A program made the position numbers and the translations under genes. Positions 11,772-24,445 of a stretch of DNA of 64,000 nucleotides are shown piece after piece (positions within the stretch are counted from its first letter, which is position 1; each line of letters begins with the position of its first letter). The notes below the pieces were generated by a model. It was not told the DNA's origin. It saw only the letters and a list, made by a program, of their open reading frames with translations, and made no database searches. This stretch comes from Octopus sinensis (taxonomy: Eukaryota): the NCBI RefSeq assembly GCF_006345805.1, contig NC_043001.1, positions 129,890,001 to 129,954,000 on the forward strand, read 5' to 3'.

Positions 11772-13591
11772 AAATACACGTAATTCAAAAACACGTTTTG
11801 CGTAGCTTATTTCATAAGCAAAAAACAGGTACAGATTATAAACAATGAAAGGCCAAATTTGGTGACTCATTTGATATAAGAAGTAGAGAGCCAATCCGAT
11901 GATAAATCTAACCCTGGATCCTGTCTCTGTTAAATCTCTTATGGCTCCAAATGATGTCATCTGTAGTGCAGTGTTGTATTGTCTAATTTTGTTTTGGAAG
12001 TGCTTGGAAATCTTGGTCAGTTGATGACAACAGTTTTTTTCAATGACTCTGGAAGTTGGGGGATTGCAAGGTGTTTAACCTTTCTACCACTGCAGCACAG
12101 AGCAGGTGTCTCTCAAGGCCACTTTCTTGCTTTACAATGTATACACTCAGTTGTCATTGCACCAATGGAAACTCTAGTGTCCTCTGCATAATGAACTAGC
12201 GGATCATAATTGAAAGCTGCTTCATAGAATTTGCTTCTCTGAGCTGTTGCAACTACTCTTCACTCTACAATGGGAATCCTATTCCATGTCAGCCATGCAT
12301 ACCACAGTCCATCACTTTGAGATGCTCTGGCTTTTGTAGTGCACAGTCTTTTCGTTGCTTGGTATGCTTCCCTTTCTGCAGTTGTCGCTCTTTTCCTGGA
12401 CAGAGACATTATTTCAGCTGACCTTGGCATTGTAGACAAATTTGACACCTTTCTTCTAGGCATGGTTATATACGTATACAGAAATAAACAGGTGCAGATG
12501 ATAGTAAGCCATGAAAATAACTGGGTAACAGAAATTATATTTCTTAATACGATGGACAGAAAGTAAATAAGAAAGTTTTACGAAAAATAAAGAAGTGTAC
12601 AGGTTGAAGGAAAATTTATCAGTGAACCAAAGAGCCAGTATCGAAGGAACCAGAAAAAACCATTAACAACAGAAAAAACACAAAACCGTTGCAAAAGCAA
12701 ATAAGAAATCTTTAGGGAAATTAACAAAGTGTATGGATTTAAGTGAAGTTTTTCAAGTTACTTCTGCCAGTAAATTATGAACTTACTTTTATCAGTAATT
12801 CCATCAAGAAACAAAAAACACAAAACGTTACAAAAGTAAATAAGAAATTTGTATGCAAATATAACGAGGTGTATGGATTGAAGTAAAATTTATGAAGTTA
12901 CTTATGTCAGTAAATTTATGTATGAAATTACTTTCATCAGTAATAGCAAACCACTTTCTGTCAGTAATTTGTTGTTGTTTGTAAATAGCAATTAAAAACT
13001 TACAGTGAAAAGAATAGCGATTGAACTTAAAGTGAAAACAATAGCGTCTGAAAAATTAAAGTGAAAACATTAGAGAGTGAGCGAGATATAGAGAGAGGGG
13101 GAGAGAGCTAGCTAGTTAGACAAATAAGATAGATATGGATAGATAAGATACAGAGAGATAGATAGAGATGGACACAATGATATAGATAGAGAGATAGAGA
13201 TGGATAGAGAGATATAGATATCACTGACGCTAGAAAACCTGAAGTAAATATTTTTTTAATAAACTTTCAAAGACGTGAATCTAATATATAAAACAATATT
13301 TAAACATTTTTATGACCAATGGATGTAAAGGGGACAATCAATTTCCGAAAGTTACTTTGCAAAGAGCTACCTCCCTTCTCCAATTTACCCAGGAACAGGT
13401 GTTTTCTGCCCTTAAGGAGCCCATAATGCATTATGTGAAAAATTTTAAGAGTCTAAAACCATCCCTGGAACATAATTAATGTATGTCCCCAGTTTATAGA
13501 AAATCAGTTGAACAATATGATAATCTTTTACACACACACACACGCACACACACACACACATGCACAGACAGAACGGGATTTATATTATAGA
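11531..13591 (-). mobile_element. Degenerate Helitron (~2.06 kb) with a RepHel N-terminal remnant
   Basis: Minus strand A|TCTATAATATAAA ... hairpin ACCCAGCTAATGCCGGGT ... CTAG|T; internal translation AAFNYDPLVHY..IGAMTTECIHCKARKWP*ETPALCCSGRKVK..HFQNKIRQYNTALQMTSFGA..QG*IYHRIGSLL. Confidence 0.85.
11860..12463 (-). pseudogene. Helitron RepHel 5' coding remnant (CxxC...CC zinc-finger region), with stops and frameshifts
   Basis: See translation above; joins track ORFs 12260-12463 and 11706-11960. Confidence 0.75.
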
Positions 13592-13880
13592 TTAACTCCA
13601 GGAAAGACAAATCATACTCAGATCCTTTTCAAACACTTCTTGTTTGGAAAAATGAGACAGCTAGGTGAATTTAATGTGTTTAAGTCTTTAGTATTCCCAT
13701 TATTCTGTTAAAAAGTAATACTTATTAATTCACATCTTGTGCCTATATATATATATAGTGTAAACAAGAGAGACAGAGAAAGACAGAAACAAGGAAAATG
13801 CCACTTATATTTGAACACTATACAAATATTCTTTTAAAAAAACTTTTCTTTTAATTTTTCTAAATTTAATTATTTAATCG

Positions 13881-13924
13881 TTACAGTTGAAAAGGTCTCA
13901 AAATGACCGAAACCGGTACTGAAA
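13881..13924 (+). ncRNA. Minimal type-I hammerhead ribozyme motif, U3-A8 core variant
   Basis: CAG-TTGAAAA-GGTC(tcaaaat)GACC-GAAA-CCGG-TA-CTG: stem I CAG/CTG, stem II GGTC/GACC, palindromic stem III ACCGGT, GUA triplet. Confidence 0.6.
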
Positions 13925-14007
13925 TGTTCTTTATAAAATTATTCTAGCATTTTCTATCTTGACTTATTTTTTCATATATATCAACTCCAGTGTTCCTTTT
14001 CATCCTT

Positions 14008-14067
<60 letters not shown>

Positions 14068-14369
14068 CTTTATTTATTTTGGCATGTCTACACAATTGTG
14101 CCCCAAAGATTTGTGTCTTCATAACCTTGAGAAAATTTAATATTTCCTAATGAAATTTTCTACAAATATGCTTCAGATCATATAGATTCTGATTAAATTG
14201 GAATTCATTGTGAAAATTGTTTGTCCCTACAGGAGTTTTAGAAAATTCACACCATTAGGCTTTGTTGTATATATATGTATATATATGTAAAGGTGGGTGT
14301 ATATGCATTGTTTTAATTATATCTTTCCATACACACATGTACACATAAAAAACTGGTACACCGTCAGTT

Positions 14370-14560
14370 ACAATGATCACAAGTATCCAAAACTTCTTTA
14401 CCACTCTTCCAACCTCATTTCTCTTCTTAAAAAGAAGGCTTTCATCTACTTGGACTATATGCCATACCATTGTACAGCTGCCTGTCTACTAATATTGTTG
14501 ATGGACATGCAGCATGTCACTGGCATTTCACATATAAAGTCCAGGATTATGTGAAAAGTG
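14370..14560 (-). pseudogene. Merlin/IS1016-like DDE transposase fragment
   Basis: HIVQVDESLLFKKRNEVGRVVKKFWILV resembles the Merlin VEIDES..KRKYNRGR..WVFG motif; an upstream frame gives ISRQAAVQWY; TIRs not resolved. Confidence 0.65.
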
Positions 14561-15265
14561 TGAAGACCATCAATCGACTTTTTTCCAGAAAAATATTAAA
14601 ATATTATTTGGAAAATTATAAAGCGAAACGAATGGTAGATTTAGACTGTCTATATTTTAAAATTACGAATTAAAGAAAAAATATATATTAAGGGTGATTT
14701 AAAAATTCTCTTTTTTTTGCATAATCATATTAATTCCATTATGTAGAAGACATAAGCACAAAAATTTTGTAAAAATTCGTAAAAATAAGAAGTTACGAGG
14801 GGTTTTAGCATGTGCTTACATTATAACTCCACCCAAAACTTATTTAAATGTTGATTCTTTGGGACAAATCATATGTGATTGTTTAAAAAGCTTGAACAAC
14901 AATGCTAAAATGCATTTAAAACAATGAACAACAGTCAGAATATAATAATGATAGGTTAATAAGCATCCTTAAAGTGAAACACGCATTGGTAGGTAAACAA
15001 AGGTATCAACAAATAGAAGAGAGGGCAGGGAACATCACCTTTCAAGTAATCGAGAATAGGTAAAAGTAAGCTTGTCAAAGTTTAATGCAGTTTAAATATG
15101 GAGATTAGAATGGTTTGGTCCATTTACATCCACTTTCGTCGGAGCTCTGGGCAAAATGTTTTAGTGCGTGACCATCCTCAGAAAAAGTAATGTGTGTATA
15201 AAGTTTGATAAAAGTAGGCTGAGAATTGTGTAAATGTATGCATTTACATAAAAAAAAATAAATGC

Positions 15266-15510
15266 ACCCTTTTAGAGCCTAGCTAGGCTCATCGGCCCAG
15301 TTTCCCAGTTCCTATGGTGTATGTGTTCCCCAGCTGGATAGGACGCCAGTCCATCACAGTGTTACTCATTTTTGCCAGCTGAGTGGACTGGAGCAACGTG
15401 AAATGAAGTGTTTTGCTCAAGAACACAATGCGTCGCCCGGTCCAGGAATCGAAACCACAATCTTATGATCATAATGCTGACACCCTAACCCATAAGCCAC
15501 GTGCCTCCAC
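15266..15510 (-). mobile_element. tRNA-derived SINE, family E head plus GATGGACTGGCGTCC-type tail
   Basis: Minus head GTGGAGGCACGTGGCTTATGGGTTAGGG..GGTTTCGATTCC; E central domain; tail shared with 59022-59320. Confidence 0.8.
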
Positions 15511-15729
15511 ACACATACTGATGATGATGATGAGTAACCTTTAATGTCTCTCCACTAAGATTGCAAAATATAAACTACAACAAAGAGAAGAAACAAATAT
15601 AATAATGATAACAATGATGATAATAAAAACACTAATGCAAATAAATTAAATATATATACTGATACTTATAGTAACAACAATAAACATAAGATAAGTTACA
15701 ATATAAATAAGAAGAAGAAGAAGAAGAAA

Positions 15730-16240
15730 ATAAGTCATTAGTTACGACTCAACAAGAAATAAAGAAAATAATCCTGAAAACAGGAAAATTAGGCACAGCA
15801 TTAGTAATAAGGAAACAGGAAAAGTTCCTGATAATAAAACCTGTGATTGTGCCAATAAAAAACAGATGTCCATTAGGAAATTTTTGTGGAGAAAAATGTA
15901 TAATGTATAGGTAAAATAATGTCCGAGGGGCAGGATTTCTACTATACAGGCTCCATGGAAAACTATACGGAAAGAAGAATAGCCAACCATGAAATCACTT
16001 CTAGAGATAAAAGGAAAGAAGCTAGTACTAGTTTCAGTAGATTATTCTGGGAAATTAAGGACAAAAATAAGGAGTATCCACTGAAGGAGGAAGTAATTAG
16101 CAGGGTAAAAGCTTATAGCATTGGAAGCAAAAAATGCGACTTATGCTTTGAGGAAATTAACAATAATTAACAATAAGTAATTAACAATAAAAGAGAGAGG
16201 TTTTTCTTGCCTACATAAGATTAAATATATGCTTAATAAA
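15730..16240 (+). pseudogene. Penelope-like element 3' remnant: GIY-YIG endonuclease
   Basis: KTCDCANK..CPLGNFC..YYTGSMENYTERRIANH..STSFSRLFWEIKDKN..VKAYSIGSKKCDLCFEE..SCLHK matches the PLE pattern CNC..CPL..YIG..R..NH..LS..IW.LK..CxLC..E..CRH. Confidence 0.75.
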
Positions 16241-16519
16241 TTTAAACAAATGAAATTAAATAGACATTATAGAAAGAGATATATGGCTGGTAATTCTAAA
16301 TAAATATAATTAAATAGGTATTATGTGAATAAACAAATATCTAGAACTAACAATTCTATATTAATCAAATGGAGGAATAAACATTGAAACTCTCACCATC
16401 AGCTTATGTAACAAAATATATAATTTAACAATTATATTAAATAAATGGGGGATAGAGATCTTGTTATATTCTGAAGGGAAAAGAAATATACATGTGATTT
16501 TATATATATATATATATAT

Positions 16520-16922
16520 TTACTCTTTTACTTGTTTCAGTAATTTGACTGCGGCCATGCTGGAGCACCGCCTTTAGTCGAGCAAATCAACCCCAGGACT
16601 TATTCTTTGTAAGCCCAGTACTTATTCTATCGGTCTCTTTTGCCGAACCGCTAAGTGACGGGGATGTAAACACACCAGCATCGGTTGTTAAGCAATGCTA
16701 GGGGGACAAACACAGACACACAAACATACACACACACAAACATATATATATATATACATATATACGACAGGCTTCTTTCAGTTTCCGTCTACCAAATCCA
16801 CTCACAAGGCATTGGTCGGCCCGGGCCTATAGCAGAAGACACTTGCCCAAGATGCCACGCAGCAGGACTGAACCCGGAACCATGTGGTTGGTAAGCAAGC
16901 TAATTACCGCACAGCCACTCCT
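16520..16922 (-). mobile_element. SINE family B
   Basis: High identity to 5769-6198. Confidence 0.9.
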
Positions 16923-16926
16923 ATAT

Positions 16927-16994
<68 letters not shown>

Positions 16995-16996
16995 AT

Positions 16997-17450
16997 GTCA
17001 GTGGCACGTAAAAAGAGCCACCTGAATGTGGCCGATGCCAGTATGCCCTGGCTAGCTCCCGTGCAGGTGGCATGTAAAAGGGACTATCTGGACGTGATTG
17101 ATGCCACGGCCACCTAACTGGCTCCCGTGCTGGTGGCACAGAAAAAGCACTGTCCAAACGTGGCTGATGCAAGTGCCTCCCCCACCCTGACTGGCTCCCA
17201 TGCTAGTGGCATGTAAAAAACACTATCTGAACGTGATCGATGCCAGGCCCACCTGACTGGCTCCTGTGCCAGAGGTATGTAAAAATCACCCACTACACTC
17301 TCGGAGTGGTTGGTGTTAGGAAGGGCATCCAGCTGTAGAAACACTGCCAGATTAGATTGGAGCCTGGTGCAGCTGCTGGTTTTCCAGACCACAGTCAAAC
17401 CGTCCAACCCACGCCAGCATGGAAAACGGACGTTAAACGATGATGATGAT
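16997..17450 (+). mobile_element. Retroposon family C with about 4-5 diverged 5' tandem units
   Basis: TGGCAYGTAAAA units followed by the family C core and a (GAT)n tail. Confidence 0.85.
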
Positions 17451-17918
17451 CACATACACACACACATAGGCATCTTTACATACACACATACATATATATA
17501 TGTATCCATATAATCCTGACTGAGCTTTGTACCCTCTGCTTTGTAGCTCATTCACAATTCATTTTTTGTCTTCATGTTTTACCTTGTATACTATGCATGC
17601 ACATCATTCTTTACAGCTTTCTATTTCCTCTTATACATTTTTCTGGTGAATTTCAGTTTACATTAGTACTATATACAATAAATTATTATTATTATCATAT
17701 GCACACACATATATATACACACAAAAGGGTCAAGTGCTGATGTTAAACAGTGCAACAGATTAACTCTGAAATCCAAGTAGAAGAACAATCTCTCTCCCAT
17801 GGGTTTATCTTTTATCTTTTACTTTGTTTCAAGGTGCCACACAGTGGGACTGAACCTAGAATCATGCTGTTGGTAAGCAAGCTTCATACCACACAGCCAT
17901 GCTTGTGTCTATTCAAGT

Positions 17919-18240
17919 AGACCGGGCGTTGTGAGTGTTTATTGAGCGAAAACACCTAAAGCTCCACGAGGCTCCGGCAGGGATGGTGGTGATCCCTGCT
18001 GTACTCTTTCACCACAACTTTCTCTCACTCTTACTTCCTGTTTCTGTTGTACCTGTATTTCAAAGGGCCGGCCTTGTCACTCTCTGTGTCACGCTGAATA
18101 TCCCCGAGAACTACGTTAAGGGTACACGTGTCTTTGGAGTGCTCAGCCACTTACACGTTAATTTCACAAGCAGGCTGTTCCGTTGATTCGGATCAACCGG
18201 AACCCTCGTCGTCGTAACCGACGGAGTGCTTCCTTCCTTC
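17919..18240 (+). mobile_element. 5'-truncated SINE family A with a 10-bp TSD
   Basis: CTATTCAAGT at 17909-17918 and 18241-18250; (TTCC)n tail; flanked by degraded family B heads. Confidence 0.9.
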
Positions 18241-21200
18241 CTATTCAAGTTTTACTCACAAGACTTAGAGCAACACAAAGCTATGTTAGAAACCATTTGC
18301 TCAAGGTGCCACATATTGAGATTGAACCTGAAACCACTTATTTGCAAAGCAAATTATACAACCACACAGCCATGCCTGCTCCTCTATTAAATAAATAAAA
18401 GGAATAGAAATAAAGCTACATAAAAGTTTTGCTCATTGATGCAAAATTGTGTCAGTTTCTGTTGTTATAAATATACAGTTCATTTCTCCTTTTCAAAGCT
18501 TACTTTGTTTTATCCTCCACAGTGTGAGGCTGAATATTTTTATCAGGAAGAACACAAACATGCTGCGTGTATACATATCACTCCTCAAGCAGGTGAACTG
18601 TTTTTTTTAACAAGGTGAAATCAATGTGTTTGGACAGTTGGTTTTAAATGGTTGATGTCCAAACCAAAATAGATGAAGCTTAGCACAATGTTCCTTTTTT
18701 TTTTTAATCAACATAGCATGCATATGCTTGTGAGTGCATTGTTATATGTGTATATTTGTATAAGTGTGTTACCATACAAATAATCTATTAGAGTATGAAG
18801 TTGTGTGTTTATATGTTCGCACAGGTATGTGCATGTAGGCAATAGGAAGGGTAACTGTGTATGCATCATTGCTATGTCTGTGCATCTATCAGTGCAAATA
18901 ATGTGTATATTAGTGTATGAGGTTCATGATAGCATTATCTTTACACATGGGGAGTGTATGCACTTGCATGCATACATATATGTATTTGTATGTGGGTTTG
19001 TGAATGCGTGTCTCATTCTCATTCAAGAGAGTCATGGCTTGTATTTTGTTTTTTCATCTTAACAAATCCTAAATTTAAATAAAGCAATTTTTTTTTTATT
19101 CAGAGACAAAAACAAATAAAAACAATGAAAAATGAAAAATACAGTAAACCAGTTTTTCTTTTTTTTTTTTCAGATCATGCAAAGTTTTAGTGCACACAAC
19201 TGTATCATCGCATGTGTACATATCCTGAGCTAAAGATTTTTTCATCATCATCATTATTATTATTATTACAATTGCTATCACCATCATCATTACTAAAGTA
19301 TTCTTGACACTGAACAATAATTGTTACTGAAACTTGCTATTACAAAGCATGTTGATGAGATAATAACATAAAGAACTTAATGAAGCTTCTAGGTTTGAGA
19401 AACAGAGACAGTACCATCAAGGATTACTGTGACTTCTTTGTATGTTATTAAAATGATTAGTCAGGTTTACTAAAGCATAACAACCAAAAAGAAAAAGAAC
19501 AGTAAATAAACAAGCAAAACAGAGTTACTTTTAACAGAATATCATCACCGAGGAATACAAGAAAAAAAATTACAATTCATGAAGATAGATAATCCAAACC
19601 AGATTTTACGCATGTAGGCTCAGAAATTACCAGAATGATAATTTTACTATCTTGACTAAATGGTATTTTCATATGGGATACATAATAGGATCATTTTCCT
19701 CTGGTAATTTTGGAAAGCTTAAGGGGCCATCCACAAGTTCCATTTATCGTAGAGTGAAATCAATGGAAAAGTCCTTAAATAAAGCCTTCGGCATTAATTT
19801 GGAGTCTATTAGAGAAGTTATCTGTTTATATTAATCTTTTATGGCAAAAATTGACCTAGCGAGATGATTCTAGGGGCACAGATAGAATTAAGAAGGGAAA
19901 AAAAAAAGAGAAAAATAAAATAATAAAAAAGTGATGGTGATGGGAAGGGTGCCTTTGCTGTGATGTAGAAATGACTGATTAATACAATGGATTATATAAA
20001 TAGAGAAGAATGTATAAGCAGAGGATGGGAGCTTCGTGGCTTTTCCACCTCCTCCAAGATTTAGATAAACTTTACATTTCTTTGATTTCTCCCTATTCTT
20101 CTTCCCCACATATCTTTACTACTCATATTTATTTCTCTCCTTTAAATAATCTACTTTTTGTTTACCTCTCCACCCTTCTCCACCTGTATCTTTATATCGT
20201 CTACTTTCTACACTTTTCTTTTACACAAGTTTGTTTTTGCTTTTTTTTTATTTGTTTTCTTTATTTTTCTTTCTTACGCTGTCACGATATTTCGATATTT
20301 CGTGTGTCTTGCTGTCTATCTATTACCGTCTCAAGCTTTCTCCCCTTTTCCTTTCTGTCATCTTCATACTCCATACCCTATTCTCTCCACTACTTCATAT
20401 TTCATTCTCTCTCACACACACGTTTCTGGTCCCCATCTTAATCTTTTCCTTTTCTTTCCTCTTTTCATGTTGCTATTTTAACTCCACTTCTTTTACTCTC
20501 TCCGCTCCTGCTAGGTTTTATTTCTAAATCTTTCCCTGCATTTTTCTTTCTCTCTAATAATACATAAACCCTTTTCTCTTTTCTCCATCACTGCTCTCTC
20601 CATTTCTGTCTGTCTGTCTCTATCTCTCTCTCCCCCTCTTTCCTCTCTTCAATGTTCTGTATTCTGTATCCTCTTCTCACATCCAGTCAACAATTTATCT
20701 ATTCATCCATCCATCCATCCATCCATCCATCCATCTAAATCCATCTTATAAACCTACTGACCATCCCCCGCTTCAACTTTCACATGCACCTATCAATCCA
20801 TTCATCCATCCATCAGCCAATCCATTCATTTATCCATACATTCATGCATCCCTCCATCTAGCCATCCATCCATCCAAATCTCTAGCCATCAAAATCCATC
20901 CCAGTCACCCATTCTCTCCTACATCACCCTTTCACCGCTCATATAACTCAACTCTTGGGAATTAGTAAATGATTGACTAGGTTGATATTAGTGAGTTAGA
21001 AGTATGCAATAAAAACAACCGTGCTGGAAGGGCTTTTATGAACTTGGAATCCCTAATTGATACTGGGAAAGACTTCTAATAGCAATCGTGCAAGAATTCA
21101 AACAAGCCAAGCCGAAGATTTGCCACTTCTTGGAAGCCTAACATGGACTCAATATGTTGATGACACCATTTTAATACTATTAACCAATTTTACCAATCAA

Positions 21201-21480
21201 TTTGCCCATATGATGCCATTTTGAAGCTTTATTAAGCAGAGGTATTTTCCTCGTTTACAATATTTTTAATAAATTCGAAAGCTGGTGGAAGCAAATTGGC
21301 AGAAAAATCAAGTACTTAACACACTGTATTTCTTTTCTTCAGGGTCAGTCCAATAAAATAAGTACCAGTAATACAGGGAAAGGATGGGGTCAGTTCAGTC
21401 ACCTATATTCTCTGCCTAAAAAATCTTGAGTCATGTTTTATCAAACGGAATCAATAAGTCTGAAATTTTAATTCCATTAT

Positions 21481-21890
21481 AGGCGCAGGAGTGGCTGTGT
21501 GGTAAGTAGCTTGCTAACCAACCACATGGTTCCGGGTTCAGTCCCACTGCGTAGCATCTTGGGCAAGTGTCTTCTGCTATAGCCCCGGGCCGACCAATGC
21601 CTTGTGAGTGGATTTGGTAGACGAAAACTGAAAGAAGCCTGTCGTATATATGTATATATATATATATATGTGTATGTGTTTGTGTGTGTGTGTGTTTGTC
21701 CCCCTAGCATTGCTTGACAACCGATGCTGGTGTGTTTACGCCCCCGTCACTTAGCGGTTTGGCAAAAGAGACCGATAGAATAAGTACTGGGCTTACAAAG
21801 AATAAGTCCCGGGGTCGATTTGCTCGACTAAAGGCGGTGCTCCAGCATGGCCGCAGTCAAATGACTGAAACAAGTAAAAGAGTAAAGAGT
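21481..21890 (+). mobile_element. SINE family B, full length
   Basis: Complete head, internal TA/TG tract and AAAGAGT-repeat tail. Confidence 0.9.
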
Positions 21891-22553
21891 ATTATGCACA
21901 ATATGTAGTCTGATCAATAAGTATCCGGACTGTTGCCATAGTAAGGTATATCCATCCCTCAACCCCACCCAATTTCTGCAGGTGTCACTTACTCTTCCCT
22001 ATTTATCATCCTTCAACACTAGTTCTTCATTATATTCACCCTTTCACCTATTTTCCATTTCTCACTCACTCATACACACTTGCAGCCTCTACCCACTCAA
22101 CACCTATGTTCTCTTGTCCCCACTTCTACCCACCTCATAACTTGAACGTCACCCTAACACTTCATCACTATCTTTATCTCTTTCCAACTCCATTCTGGCT
22201 ACGTTCACCCTCTCTTCTATAATGTGAGTAGCAGTAGAGCTCCTCTACAGTAAGAAACCTTTTGGGGGCACCTCTCTTACACTTTAATCCCTCATCTGCT
22301 AGTATGAAACCACCTCCCTATCTACTGTAGCCCCACTTAGTTAAAAAGGATCTTAGATTTGCAAGCTGCCTGGTGACCTCATTAGTGCAGGTGCCACATA
22401 AAAATTGCCCTCTACACACTTTAAAGTGGTTGACATTAAGAAAGGTATCCAGCTGGAGAGGTTGCCACTAAATAGTTTACATTCTATCATATTAAAAGAG
22501 TATATAAACTATAGTAAAATAGCTACATGAAGATATAAGCTATATATGACATA

Positions 22554-23094
22554 CAGGGGTTGGACAAAATAATGGAAACACTTCGTATAACATCATAATT
22601 TTGAAGTATCTATAAAATCATCAAAAGTTTGTTTATTTTTTATGTTTTTTTTATTTATTATTAGTGTTGCTTAATATGTTTTGCTAAAATTGCTGTTTCT
22701 TTTCAGATATCATCAGAAAAAGGTAATTAAAATTCATTAAAAGGACAGATCTGTTGGACTTTCAAAGAGGTCAAATTGTTGGAGTTTATATGCACTAGTT
22801 TAATGAAAACAGCTGAAATGTTTGGTGTATCAAGAAGTACTGACTTGAAAGTAATGACAGCCTTTGAGAAAGAGGGAAAAACCTCGTCGTCGAAACAAAA
22901 CTCTGGAAGAAAACCAAAACTTTCAGATAGGGACCATTAGACTCTAATGCAAATTGTTAGAAAAGATCACAAAAGTACAGCTCCTAAAACTACTGCAAAG
23001 TTTAATGACCACCTCGAGAACCTAGTTTCCACCCCATATTAAAATAAATTTGTTTGAAATTTTAAGGTGTTTCTATTATTTTGTCCAATCCCTG
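22554..23094 (+). mobile_element. Tc1-family deletion derivative retaining the N-terminal DNA-binding region
   Basis: TA|CAGGGGTTGGACAAAATAATGGAAACAC ... GTGTTTCTATTATTTTGTCCAATCCCTG|TA TIRs; DLLDFQRGQIVG..KTAEMFGVSRST..AFEKEGKTSSSKQNSGRKPKLSDRD. Confidence 0.9.
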
Positions 23095-23389
23095 TACCTG
23101 TTCATTTACATAGACATATACATGGACTCACATTTACTCAAATTATCATAATACAGTTATATATTCTTGGCAAAAATAAACTGTATTTTTACCACCCACC
23201 AGATGTATTTATATTCTTACACACAGAGTTAAAGTGCAAACTATTTATTATTATTTAGTCCCAATCTTCCATGATTGACTAATGTTGTCAGAGACCATCA
23301 AACCATTCAACCCATCCTGATATGAAAAATGGACATTAAATAATGATAATTATCATCATCATCATGTGTACTTCCATTTATAATAAATG

Positions 23390-23842
23390 TGGTACCAGTG
23401 CCGGTGACACATAAGAAAACCATCCGAACGTGACCGTAGCCAGTACCGCATCGACTGGCCTCCGTGCTGTTGGCACGTAACAAACACCATCCAATCGTGG
23501 CCGTTCGCCAGCCTCGTCTGGCACCTGTGTCGGTGGCACATAAGAAAACACCATCCGAGCGCGGCTGTCTGCCAGTCTCGTCTGGCACCTGTGTCGGTGG
23601 CACATAAGAAAACACCATCCGAGTGTGGTCGTCTGCCAGCCTCGTCTGGCACCTGTCGGTGGCACATAAGATCACCCGCTACACTCTCGGAGTGGTTGGC
23701 GTTAGGAAGGGTATCCAGCTGTAGAAACACTGCCAGATCTGACTGGCCTGGTGCAGCCTTCGGGCTTGCCAGACCCCAGTTGAACCATCCAACCCATGCT
23801 AGTATGGAAAGCGGACGTTAAACGATGATGATGATGATGATG
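23390..23842 (+). mobile_element. Retroposon family C with ~60-bp tandem units
   Basis: Units TGGCACATAAGAAAACACCATCCGAG..GCCAGCCTCGTCTGGCACCTGTGTCGG; family C core; (GAT)n tail. Confidence 0.85.
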
Positions 23843-23937
23843 AAATATGATTAGACATAAATTTGGCTGTTATTTCTATGTTAAATGCCTGCCTATAGGT
23901 TCTTCTATCAACTTGTTTTAAAATTTGTTATATTTAC

Positions 23938-24218
23938 ATGAGCAAGCTGTTCCGTTGATCGTATCAGCTGGGACCCTCATCGTCGTAACCAACGGAGTGC
24001 TCCTAGTCAATCCGCAGATACGTGTACCCCTAACGTAGTTCTCAGGGAGACCCAGCGTGACACAGAGCGTGACAGGTACAACACATTTTTGCCAGCTGAG
24101 TGAACTGGAGCAATGTGAAATAAAATGTCTTGCTCAAGGACACAATGCATTGCTAGGAATTGAACTCATGACCTTACGATCGCGAGCTGAATGCCCTAAC
24201 CACTAAGCCATGCACCTG
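23938..24218 (-). mobile_element. Chimeric SINE: family E head plus family A tail, with the terminal ~65 bp inverted
   Basis: 24076-24218 is an E head (minus), ~24010-24075 is A body (minus) and 23938-24003 is the A 3' end in plus orientation. Confidence 0.65.
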
Positions 24219-24311
24219 TGATTGACTAAGCTTATAATAAAAGACATTCCAGCTCTCCGACCATTACATTATTTTTAGTTATAGTGTATATAGGGCTACA
24301 TTTTCTAATGA

Positions 24312-24377
24312 GTATTTATACTTGCATGGCTTAAGCTTTGAGACAAGCTTATGACTACTGGCAGGATCAACCAGGTA
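24312..24377 (-). pseudogene. 18S rRNA 5'-end fragment (66 bp)
   Basis: Reverse complement TACCTGGTTGATCCTGCCAGTAGTCATAAGCTTGTCTCAAAGCTTAAGCCATGCAAGTATAAATAC is the canonical eukaryotic SSU 5' end with a few substitutions. Confidence 0.9.
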
Positions 24378-24445
24378 TCATCCTCGGTCATGATGATTGA
24401 GTATCATTATCAGTCAACCAGGTATCATCCTCGGATGTAATTTAG

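Noticed and set aside
15130-15185. Minus-strand CTGAGGA..GACGAAAG hammerhead-like motif
   Set aside because: Stems I and III and a cleavage triplet cannot be formed
21130-21190. WTQYVDDTIL, an RT-like motif
   Set aside because: A single short motif without supporting flanking RT motifs
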